From the NCBI GenBank assembly GCA_020891255.1, contig BQFW01000007.1, positions 186,001 through 250,000 of the forward strand: a stretch of 64,000 bases of DNA, given 5' to 3'. Every line of letters begins with the position of its first letter. Position 1 is the first letter of the stretch. This DNA comes from Entomortierella parvispora E1425. Lineage: Eukaryota > Fungi > Mortierellomycota. The position numbers and the translations under genes are program-made. Below, piece by piece: positions 11,440-24,000 of this stretch. Below the pieces are notes generated by a model. That model saw only the letters and a program-made list of their open reading frames with translations, was not told the origin of the DNA and did no database searches.

Positions 11440-14400
11440 AAAAAATGTATCTCGATCGTTCCCTGTACTTTCCTTAACTCGCATTATTACACAGAATATT
11501 CATGTATAAACCCACTCTCCTCTTACGTATGGTTGCTGCATGGTCATGTTATGAACACCTGAAATGGATGTGACAGTGGATGCATGGGAAAGGTGCAAGA
11601 AAAGAAAAGAAAAGGGGGAATGGCGTCCACAGCGTAAGCGTGTCTCGTTGGCAGGCACCACAAATTGAGAGGTCAATATTTCAAGAGGGCCATTTGAGAA
11701 TCACTCTGGTTACATCCCCTACTTTCCGATTGAATTCCTTGTCAAATCTTTCAAGTTCAGCGATATGACCAAGGAAGCGGCTGATCTGTTGATGTTGGCA
11801 CCCAAGAACCACACCCCGTGGAGAACGTCTTGCTCACTGATCGCTGACCCTGGCCGGGCATGAAGTACACATGACTTCATGGGAGCGTGAGTTGACCTGT
11901 GCTCAGCCACCCGTAAATTGATCAGGACAAAACGAACTAGGAAACAAGATTGCGCGCGTCCTCTCTGGTGAAATGGTCAAATCCAATACCGACCCAATCA
12001 AACTAGACCCTTTCTATTCCCAAGATCGGCGCTCAGAGGAAACTGGATATGAAGAAGGCCTTCCCAACTGGCGATAGAGTCAAATTTAGGCTGCTTACAT
12101 CATGTGGCAGCATTCTGCAGCATGCCTTTATTTATTCTATGGTGCAAATCATCTCTCTGTCGCGAAATGAAAAAAACCGCCTCTCTCGCGACGAGTGAAA
12201 ATCTACTTTCATCGTACTTGCTATTCTAAAGCAAATACGATTTTAGGTAGAAAATTTCCTAAAATCGTAATTGCTGCGTCACCAAATCATGCCAGTGCGT
12301 TGTGGGAAAGGGAAAAAAGGATTCGGGTGATCTGCCGATTTGGCCATCCAAGGAAAACAGTCCAAAAAAAAAAAAAAAAAAAAAAAAGGTCTGGGGAATA
12401 CAAGGAGATGGGACCCAACATGGTTAAGGATCCGTTAATTTGGCCTGGCCTGCCCAGGGTTGAGATCGCGATGGGATAGAAAAAGTCAACACTAAGACAG
12501 CACAAACGTAAACAGCTCAAGGTAGAATAGAAAAGAAAAAAGTAAGTCGTGTTGAATGGACAAAGATCAAGACAGATGAGCTTCAATCGGAAGACAGTGA
12601 CCCCACATCTGAAGACAGATAACAAAACTGGACAACAAACAACAGAATAGGACGACAAGCAATACAATGAGACGACAAATAGACAACTCCACCACAGGGG
12701 GATCCAACGCAGGGCATGGTCGTTGCACGGTGGGATCCAATCATGTCGCAAGACTGCGTCCATTAATAGAAACGGAACCTCTGTGGCCCATTTCGTCACA
12801 AACAAACAACAAATGTGAATGAGGACGGCGCAGACATCCGGGCGGGCCACAACAACCTGTACTGGAGAGAAAAAGCGGGCGCAGCTCAGCACTGCATAGG
12901 AATGCCCTCAGCAGTAACACAAATCAAGGGCCATGAGAGAGTACAAGGTCAATGATTGGAAGAGAGGCTAAAGTGATTCCGCAGTGAAGGGTTGCGATCG
13001 CAGGGTAATCGGCTGCGGAGAAGAGGGGCTTAGGTGATTAAGCAGATGGATGCTCTCGTACGTTGCAGACGCCATAGCGGGTCGCAATCCCGAACCGCGC
13101 CACCATCGACGCTTGCTTGTTTGTGTGTCCTTTTGCCACAGCCAATCCTCTATCGAAAATTCTCTTTGTTGGCAAAAGTCGTAGTTTTGTAGGACTTCTT
13201 GTCCGAAAAGTTGCAAATAGACTTACGCCATTGCGCCTCATTCGCACGCCGCCCTTCGAGTAGACCACAGTAGAACGCAGGAAGTCGGTCGTACAATGAA
13301 GCTAGTCTATAAAGGACTAACTATTTCAAGTTCCCATGCGCCTCAGTGCCCTTTCGTTGGACAATCAAAAATGAAGAGTGGAACCACAGAACGCCCTTGG
13401 ATGCATATTGTGTGTTTTTGGGACAGAAAGAGTAATTAGCCTGCCTCCTTTCTTCGAGTCCAAGAGAATCACTTTCTTTATTCTTTGAGTTGATTGGCCC
13501 TTCTTTCGTTTTTGTGTAACTTGATTCTCGCTGGCAAGCAGAAAAGAGCTGATTTCCAGAGAGAACAAAAACTGATTCTCTTGGGCACACAAGAAAGGAG
13601 GGCGGCTATTATTGTCTATCTTTCCTGTTCTGCTGGCGATATAAAAGGGAGCAAGGAGAAAGAAGGCCTTTTTGCTCCTTTGCATCTCATTACTCCTTAG
13701 GCTACCCTACTACCCGTGTATTTCTCAAAAACAAAATCGACACTTTTAGCAAGGTGCGTACCTTACGTCTTGTCACCTATGCTAATATCATGACCTTGGA
13801 CATGAGGGTCATGGAGAATGCTCAGGAGATCACAGCGTGTATTCACAAACACAACATCCAACGCTCCAAACAATAGATGCTTGGGCTGTCGAAAGAACCG
13901 TAAGTTCATGACAAACCATAAATCACAAGCACAGACCATGCTGGAAAAAAAGTGTTTAGCCCAGGGCATACTGACAATTGCCTTCACAATCTAGTAGCCA
14001 AATGACCAAAGTCGCTAGAACCCAAGGCTCTACCCCTTTTTACGCTTCTCAGGAACTAGCTGAGGCGTGGTCTGTAAGTGAGAGTGACTTTAAGGGTATT
14101 GCATGCTGCACGCAAAGAATAAATGAAAGTAGTCTTGGGGCGAAATCTCACAACGCAGTCTCACCTCCCACAGAGCGATGTAGATTCCCATGATGGTAAC
14201 AATGAGCGCTGAAGTTTGTGTCCGCCTCCCTTATCACTGCCGAAAAGAAGACCTGTTCATTGATCTTTTCCTCTGTCCATTCCTCTCACCTTCAACAGAG
14301 ACAACCGACGTCATGGAGCATCTTCCCAGCTCGCACGACTACATCCTTACTGGATACAACGACAAGAGGTTGAGGACTGAGAGCGAAGAGGTATGTTCAC

Positions 14401-15056
14401 AATAGATTATCCAAGGCAATCTCCAGGTGCAAGTAGTAGCAGAACACTGAACTTGTGTTATCCTCCTTGGAGTAGACCATCTACAATGAAGACCGATCGA
14501 CTGATACTAAATGGTCTTCAGACAGCATTGGAATCCTAGCGACTCAGAGGAGAGTTGATGAAAGGTAAAAACTTCGGATTAGGGATTGGGACCACTCTGT
14601 GGTGCACCTCGGCTCTCTTTTTTTTTTTTCGACCAACAGTTCATTTTTTGGAACCGCGGTTCTGGTGATTTTTTTTTTTTTTCAGATATTTTCCTCGGTC
14701 CATTGTTTTGATCGAACGCAGCCTGAGCCTGAAATACACATCCAACCTCCCGCCTCTTTTCCTGCCGACCCCCCTCAGGGATCCCACTGCTATTGGTGAC
14801 ATTGTTTCCTCACACTTCGCTTTGAAGTCTCTGGATTCTTTTTACGGCCCTTCTGGGCTTAAATGAATTGGTCCAGGGGGAAAAAAAAATGAAGAAAAAA
14901 AATCGAGTGACAGCGTTCTTTGCAGTGAACTGGTTCGGTGCACCGGCTTTTTTCTTTTGAGAGACGCGGTGTACCGGTTCCTCTTTTAGGCTCTCCCCAA
15001 CATGCATTCCCTGTCGGGATTTATAACATCAATGCTAACCTTGGTGCCTTTAAACC

Positions 15057-18000
15057 ATGAACAGCTACTACGCCAAGCCCATGTCTCGACAGACTTCAAA
15101 CACGTCGTCAGTTAGTACCATCCAAGCTAGTGGATCGGACGATGGAGTCATCACCATTAAGGACGCCAGTGAGGACTTCAAGGTCCAATCTACTCTTCAG
15201 CAAAAGAGTATGAATGATGTGCTTCGAGTGCTTGATCTTCCCACTGACCGACGTCGTCCTGTCCAGCATTCCTTTGCTGGAGCAGAGTGCCGATTCGATC
15301 TCGAGATGCCATTGAAGCAGCTGCTTACGGTCCTTGGGCACGATAACACCACGGACCTTGCAGTTGTCCTGCTGGTCGCGTGGAGCATAGTTTTGTATCG
15401 ACTCTCTGGCGAAGACACATTCATCATTGGCATGGGCTATGTTGACGAGAATGGACTGTCAACCCAGCCAGTGCCGGTGCAATTTGATGTCTCAGCAGAG
15501 CCGAGCACATTACTGCTCATCAACAGCGTGAAACTTGCTCTTGAGGTTGCAGACCCCCAACTTTTCGTTGAGGATGACTACGCCACCATCCGAAAACCAG
15601 AGAAGACCCTCGCCTCTTTCCAAGTTGCATTCTACTCGCACAACGGAGGCCTTGCTCAACCACCACTCGACTACGTTTCCATCCAAGGCGATCTCGAGTT
15701 GCATTTGCTCCAAGGCAAGGAGGACTCCGCTTTCAGCATCCATTATGCAACCGATCTATACGACAAGGACACTGTGGAGAGATATGCAGGCTACCTCAGG
15801 GTGGTGTTGCTCAACATGGTTGCCTACAGTACTCATCCAGTTTCCTCATTCAACATCATATCCTCAACCGAGAAAAGGTTGCTTCTGGAGAAGTGGAATG
15901 AAACGACCGTAGAGTACCCTGAAGATCGATGCATTCAACATCTTTATGAAGACCAGGTGGACAAGTCACCCAACGCCATTGCTGTCATCGAAGGAGAGAA
16001 GACATTCACCTTTCTCGAGCTGAATGCCATTGCCGATCGCTTCGCTTGCCAGCTTGTCGATGCCGGTGTGAAGCACGGGGACTTTATTGCTATGCTTCTC
16101 GAGAGATCTATCGAGCTAATCGCCGCCCAGATCGCCGCGCTCAAGGTCGGAGCCGCTTATGTACCCATGGATTCCAAGGCTCCCGTAGAACGGCAAGCAT
16201 TTATCATAAAGGACAGCTCTGCTACGCTTGTCGTCACCGATACCAAAACTGAGGTCCCGTTTAAGCTGCAGTGCCCGCTACTTCGCTTTGGTAGGTCACA
16301 CGAGGTTACCAATTCTTTCTGCTCATAAACCAACTCGCTATTAACTAACTTCAATTTCCTACTATCCTACTCAACGGCAGACCTGGCCGCGCTCACCAGC
16401 ATGGGTGCTAATCACATCCATGGCAACATGGAAAGATCTACCCTCGATACAGCCTATGTCATGTACACCTCTGGCTCTACCGGTCTTCCGAAGGGTGTCA
16501 TGGTTTCTCATCGTGGCATCGCCCGTCTCACTAACAACAATGGATGGTTCGACGTTGGGCCAGGAGATCGCGTGGCGTTTGCTTCCAACACTGCCTTCGA
16601 TCTGAGCACGTTAGATGTCTGGACACCGCTGCTGAATGGTGGTTGCGTAGTTATTATCGACCAGGACACCCTCTTGAATGCCCATCAGCTGGCGGCCGCA
16701 ATGGAGCGACATCAAATCAACGCTCTGCAATTGCCAACAGCGGTCTTCCACCAATACGCGTTTGTCATTGGGTCTGCCTTGTCCAGGCTGAAATATCTCT
16801 TGTTCGCAGGAGAGCAGGGATTGATCGAGGCCTGCACAGAGGTGCTTCGGCATGGTGGACCAGTTCGTCTCATCAATGCTTACGGACCAACAGAGACCGT
16901 GTACTGCACATCATACTCAGTCACCGATGCTCTCAGTCAGTCGGACCTTCTGCCCATTGGAAGGCCCATCAACAACACGCGGTTGTACGTGCTTGACAAG
17001 TATCGCAACCCGGTGCCAGTGGGTGTCATCGGCGAGTTGTATGTCGCTGGACCTGGCGTGGCCAATGGATATCTCAACCGACCAGACCTCACTGCTGAGC
17101 GATTCCTCCCTGATCCTTTCAGCAACAAGCCTCATACGCTAATGTACAAGACCGGCGATCTTGTCCGCTATCTTCCTGATGGCAACTTGGTCTATATGGG
17201 CCGCACCGACTTCCAAGTCAAGATCCGTGGATTCCGAATCGAGATTGGCGAGATTGAGGCACGCCTTGCTGAGCACCCTCAAGTTCGTGAAGTTGTTGTG
17301 CTGGCAGTTGGAGAGAGCGGTGATAAGCGATTAGTTGCCTACGTCGTCGCTACGCCCATTGATGACTTTGCCAGTACCCTTCGCAATTATCTTATGGCTA
17401 GCTTACCAGAGTACATGGTTCCATCGGCATTTGTATGTATGGATGTGATGCCACTGACCAACAACGGCAAGGTCGATCGTCGTGCTCTCCCTGAGCCGGA
17501 CAGCACGTCGTTTGTCAGTGAGGATTACGTTGCCCCTCAAGGCTCTACTGAAGTCGCACTGGCTGCAATCTGGTGCGAGTTGCTCAAGATCGGGAGAGTT
17601 GGCCGCCATGACAACTTCTTTATGTTGGGAGGACATTCTCTTCTCGCTGTCCGCATGATGAATCGTGTGTCCGCTCTTGGAGTACAGTTGCCGTTATCCA
17701 CGCTGTTCTCCGCTCCCACTCTCTCTGCTTTTGCAGACGTGATCAACACCAACATCTCGAAGGACGATTTGTCGCACTTGAACATTTCTCCTATCTCGAG
17801 GGATGGCCCCCTGGAGTTATCATTTGCCCAACAACGGCTGTGGTTTCTTGCGCAGCTGGAAGGTGTGAGCGTTACCTACCATATCCCTATGGCTTTCTCT
17901 CTGCATGGTACACTCAACATTCCGGCCTTGGAAAAGGCATTTGACAGCCTGTTTGCTAGGCACGAATCCCTTCGCTCCATTTTTGTCGCCCTCGATGGCC

Positions 18001-21000
18001 AGCCCAAGGTTCAGCTCTTGGGCGCCGACAAAGGATTGCCTTTGTCATTCCGTGATATACAGGGAGAGAAAAACAAGGGAGACTTGGTCAAGCAGATAGC
18101 CGCTCTGGAAGCTACGACACAGTTCGATTTGGAAAAAGGCCCATTGATTCGGGTGCAGCTCCTTCAGTTGGCTAAAGATGAGTACCTCATCCTTTTGACC
18201 AAACATCACATCATCACCGATGGCTGGTCCAATGGTGTGCTCTTCCGCGACCTCACCGAACTCTATGCAGCATACTGCTCCGGTCAGCCTAATCCTCTGC
18301 CACCGCTGTCTATCCAATACCCCGATTACGCTGCCTGGCATAGACAGTGGCTTTCGGGAGACCGACACAAAGAACAGGTCGCATACTGGCGCGAGACCCT
18401 CGCAGATGCACCAGTGTCGATTGAGCTTCCCACTGATAGACCTCGTCCTCACCAACAGTCATTTTCTGGTGCGAGTGTTCCCATCCGCCTGGATGCAAAG
18501 CTCAGTAGTGCCCTTAACAGCCTAAGCCAGAGGCACGGTGTCACGATGTACATGACGGTACTCGCTGCGTGGAGCGCTGTTCTCTCGCGTCTGTCAGGAC
18601 AGGATGATCTTGTTATCGGTACTGCGTCTGCCAACCGCAACCATCCTCAAGTTGAACAGTTGATTGGATTCTTTGTGAACACTCTTGCGCTTCGTATCGA
18701 TTTGAGTGGAGAGCCGACAGTACAGCAGCTACTCGGGAGGGTGCAAGGCACCACAATCGCAGCTCAGTCATACCAGGATTTGCCTTTTGAGCAAGTGGTG
18801 GGAATTGTTCAACCTCCTCGCCGAGCGGATCAGACGCCGATCTTTCAAGTATTCTTCGCCTGGGAGAACAATGATAATGGCGTGCCGAATTTCCAGGATG
18901 TGGATATTATTTTGGAGGAGACTGAATACAACACAGCCAAGTTTGACTTGGAACTCAACGTTGGTGAAGAGAATGGCGAAGTTGTAGGATGTCTAGGATA
19001 CTCGACCGCTCTCTTTGACCACCACACCATGGAACGCCACGTTGGATACCTGGAAGCGATGTTGAGGTGGATGACCGTCAATACGGAGCAAGCGATAGTT
19101 GAGGCCCCGATTCTTGGGTCGACGGAACTGGAGCTTTTGACACAGATATGGAATATGACCGACAGGCCTTATCCTGAGAACACTTGCATCCACCATCTTT
19201 TCGAAGGTCAGGTGAAGTTATCGCCAGAGGCCATTGCCATCATGCACGGCGACTGGACATTGACATACCACGAGTTGAATTCTCGTGCCAACAGGGTCGC
19301 CCATGAGATCGTTGCCGCCGGGGTCAAGCCTGGAGACAGCGTCGCGATCCTGCTGCCTCGCTCGTTTGAGCTCATCATTGCCCAGCTGGCGATTCTCAAA
19401 GTCGGTGCAGCATATGTGCCGATTGATCCCAAGGCGCCAGTGGATCGACAGGTGTACATTACAAGTGACAGCAATTCGAAGCTGCTGATCACTGATGAGA
19501 GCACAAAGGTCCCTGAGGAAATTCCAGCGCCCTTATTTCGTCTCAAGGCGGATCACGAGAACACTGAGGAAATGCATGGTATGTGCCACTGATACGATAG
19601 GAGCGATATAAATGGAGCGATTTTTTTCCCCTTGAGTACCTATGCAGAGTCGTGCTAACCCTATCATCTATTTGTTCCCACTCTCCGATATCAAGTGTTG
19701 CTAGATGTTTCTGTTCCCACCATGACCTCCAGCCGAAATACGGCTTATATCATGTATACATCCGGCACGACTGGACGTCCCAAGGGTGTCATGGTATCTC
19801 ATCGCGGTGTCGCTCGCCTTGCCATCAACAATGGATTTGCTGATGTTGGTCCCGGTGATCGTGTGTCGTTCGCAATCAACCCTACGTTCGATCCAAGCAC
19901 ATACGAAATCTGGTCGACTCTGCTGACAGGTGCCAGCATCGTCATCATCGATCACGAGACTTACGTGGATGCTCATCTTCTGGAGGCAGCTATGAATCAC
20001 TATCAGCTTACTTCGCTCGTCTTGCCCATGGCGCTCTTCCATCAATATGCATTCATCATTGGACACGCCTTGTCGAAACTGAAGTTCATTATGTGTGGAG
20101 GCGAGCAAGGAATGATCGAAGCTTTCTCAGAGGTACTGAGCCATAACGGCTCTGTTCGACTCATAAATGCCTATGGACCTACGGAGACAACTGTGGTTGC
20201 CACGGCCTACGAGGTGACTAGTGCCATCAGACAGCTGGATCGCTTGCCCATCGGTCGCCCTATGGCCAACACTCAGGTTTACGTGCTCGACAAGTATCGC
20301 AATCCTGTACCTATCGGTGCCGTCGGTGAGCTCTATATTGGTGGACCTGGCGTTGCCATTGGCTATCTCAACCGTCCAGACCTCACGGTTGAGCGGTTCC
20401 TTCCCGATCCTTTCAGCAATGCGCCAGATGCTCGGATGTACAGGTCAGGCGATCTGGTCCGCTACCTTCCAGACGGAAACATTATTTTTATGGGCCGCAG
20501 TGATGATCAAGTCAAGATCCGTGGCTTCCGCATTGAGCTCAAGGAGATTGAAGCGCAACTTGCGGAGCACCCTCAAGTGCGTGAAGTTGTAGTACTCGTG
20601 ATAGGCGAGAAGAGCAGTGACAAGCGACTCGTGGCCTATGTAGTGTCTGCGCCTGATGAAAACCTTGTTCATAAGCTGCGCGAGCATTTGGGCGCCATCT
20701 TGCCTGAGTATATGGTCCCTTCAGCATTTGTGCGTCTGGATGCTTTCCCATTGACCAACAACGGCAAGGTTGATCGTCGTGCACTACCAGAGCCTGACAG
20801 CGCTTCCTTTTTCACTCAGGGCTATGTGGCCCCTCAAGGCGAGACTGAGGTTGCGTTGGCAGAGCTGTGGTCTGATTTGCTCAAGATCGAGCGCGTTGGA
20901 CGTCACGACAATTTCTTCACGCTAGGCGGTCACTCTTTGCTTTCAGTCCAAATGATTGCACGCCTTCATGCCCTTGGATATTCACTTTCGGTACGCGTCT

Positions 21001-24000
21001 TGTTTGACAACCCTGTCTTGAGGGTCTTGGCAGCTACTCTCAGCAAGCATCGGAAGGCTCCTCAGGCACCGTCGAATCTCATCGAGGCAGACATGACCTC
21101 GATCACACCAGAGATGCTGCCCCTCATTAGCCTCAGTCAAGACGATATCGATCACATTATTGACCAAGTTCCTGGAGGCGTGGCCAATATTCAAGATATA
21201 TATGAATTGTCGCCACTACAGGATGGTATTCTATTCCATCACATGATGGCGACCAAGGGTGATCCTTACCTACTCCTTCAATGTACAGCGTTTGACAGCA
21301 GGGATTTGCTGGACCGCTACCTTACCGCTTTCCAGAAGGTTGTGGATCGTCATGATATTTTGCGTACTGCCATCATGTGGAAGAATCTGACTTCACCGGC
21401 ACAAGTTGTCTTGCGTCAGACCAACATGCCTGTCAAGGAACTCTCGCTGGATTCTGCCAATGGGCCTATCATTGAGCAACTGTCAAAGCTCTACAATTCT
21501 CGCCAATGTCGCATTGAGTTGTCCCAGGCTCCACTGCTTCGTAACAGCATTGTCCAAGATGTGGATGGCAGGTGGATTCTTGCACATCAATTGCATCATA
21601 TTATTGGCGATCATTCAACTCTTGAGGTCATGGAAGAGGAGATCCGGGCTTTCATGGAGGGTAGGGGCGAGTCGCTTGAAACACCACAGCCCTACCGCAA
21701 TCTCATTGTCCAAGCGCGTTTGGGCATCAGTGATGAAGAGCACGAGCATTTCTTCCGGAATATGCTGGAGAGTATCGATACTCCTTCCTTGCCCTATGGT
21801 CTGTCCGATATCCACAATGACACTTCCAGTGTCACCGAGTCTCACAGAATGCTGCCTCAGGAGCTGAACAGCAAGCTGCGTGACCATGCCAAGCGTCTCG
21901 GAGTGAGTCTTGCAGGCTTGTGTCATCTTGCTTGGGCACAAGTGATAGCTGCTACTAGCGGACAGACACAGGTTGTGTTCGGCACAGTGCTCCTTGGACG
22001 CATGCAAGCAGGCTCGGGATCAGACCGCACGATGGGTCTCTTTATCAACACTCTTCCTCTTCGAGTCCATGTGGGTGGTGCAGGTGTCTTGGAGGCTGTC
22101 CGCAGAGTTCAGGCCGATCTGGCATCGTTGTTGGAGCACGAGCATGCTTCGTTGGCTCTTGCTCAGCGTTGCAGTAGTGTGCCATCTGGCACGCCTCTCT
22201 TCAGTGCTATTTTGAACTACCGACACAATTCTACAGCATTCCAACAAACAAACATCAGCCCTGGCATGGAGGTCATTTTGGGCGACGAACGCACCAACTA
22301 TCCCTTCATGCTTTCTGTCGAGGACTGTGGCTCATCTCTCGGCTTGACTGCTCAGGCTGTTCATCCTTACGACCCCCTGTCTCTATGCGAATACATGCAG
22401 CAGGCATTGCAGAGTATGGCTGAGGCTCTCGAGCATGCTCCAGAGACTCCTATGCAGAGCCTTCCGATCTTGCCCGCGGAGGAGTACAACCTGGTCATTC
22501 GTTCATGGAACGATACCAATGCATCCTACCCTAGCGAGCGATGCATTCATCAGCTATTCGAGGATCAGGTTCAAAAGACTCCAGAAGCAATCGCCGTCGT
22601 CCATGATGATAACTCGATGACCTACCGCACATTAAATAGCCGTGCTGTCCATCTTTCCCACAAGCTTGTGGACATGGGAGTCAAGTCTGGAGATAGAGTC
22701 GCGATCCTGCTGCCTCGCTCGTTTGAGCTGATCATTGTCCAGCTGGCGATTCTCAAAGTCGGTGCGGCATATGTGCCGATTGATGCCAAGGCGCCAATGG
22801 ACCGTCAGACATATATGGTGGCCGACAGCGGTGCCAAATTACTGGTGATAAACGAAGAAACTCTTGTCCCTAACCAGGCGGAGGTCGCAGTGCTTCTCCT
22901 CGGAACGAATCTGGCAGATCCTCTGCAAGGTATTTCTTTCGCATGCTGCAATTGATTTTCACGTCTCGCTAAACCATTCTGACTCTTTATCAACTATGTT
23001 CTTTTTTGTTTTTTGTTTAGACGCTACTGTGGCCCATGTTCCCGCAACAATTGATACCGAGTCGGCAGTACATCATATTATGGGAACAGATGTGGCAGAA
23101 GATATGCAAGGTAATGTTCTCCACATTTTACAAAAAATATGAACCAACAGTGCCCTTATTTGATCAAACCGTTCTAACTCTCGCTGGCATCTGTACATGG
23201 TTTGCCAACGCTCCCGCCAGACCGATTCGACTCCCATTGCGTTTTAAAATCCAGTTTGGATACAGCCTATGTCATGTACACCTCTGGCTCTACCGGTCTT
23301 CCGAAGGGTGTCATGGTTTCTCATCGTGGCATCGCCCGTCTCACTAACAACAATGGATGGTTCGACGTTGGGCCAGGAGATCGCGTGGCGTTTGCTTCCA
23401 ACACTGCCTTCGATCTGAGCACGTTAGATGTCTGGACACCGCTGCTGAATGGTGGTTGCGTAGTTATTATCGACCAGGACACCCTCTTGAATGCCCATCA
23501 GCTGGCGGCCGCAATGGAGCGACATCAAATCAACGCTCTGCAATTGCCAACAGCGGTCTTCCACCAATACGCGTTTGTCATTGGGTCTGCCTTGTCCAGG
23601 CTGAAATATCTCTTGTTCGCAGGAGAGCAGGGATTGATCGAGGCCTGCACAGAGGTGCTTCGGCATGGTGGACCAGTTCGTCTCATCAATGCTTACGGAC
23701 CAACAGAGACCGTGTACTGCACATCATACTCAGTCACCGATGCTCTCAGTCAGTCGGACCTTCTGCCCATTGGAAGGCCCATCAACAACACGCGGTTGTA
23801 CGTGCTTGACAAGTATCGCAACCCGGTGCCAGTGGGTGTCATCGGCGAGTTGTATGTCGCTGGACCTGGCGTGGCCAATGGATATCTCAACCGACCAGAC
23901 CTCACTGCTGAGCGATTCCTCCCTGATCCTTTCAGCAACAAGCCTCATACGCTAATGTACAAGACCGGCGATCTTGTCCGCTATCTTCCTGATGGCAACT

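Noticed and set aside
11695-11875. Short coding-looking stretch (ENHSGYIPYFPIEFLVKSFKF..)
   Set aside because: No start, splice context or recognisable family; cannot be supported.
12360-12390. Long poly-A/T tracts (also at 9887, 35780, 46410 and 61040) as retroposon tails
   Set aside because: They occur throughout introns and intergenic DNA without target-site duplications or element bodies; this looks like a genome-wide compositional trait.
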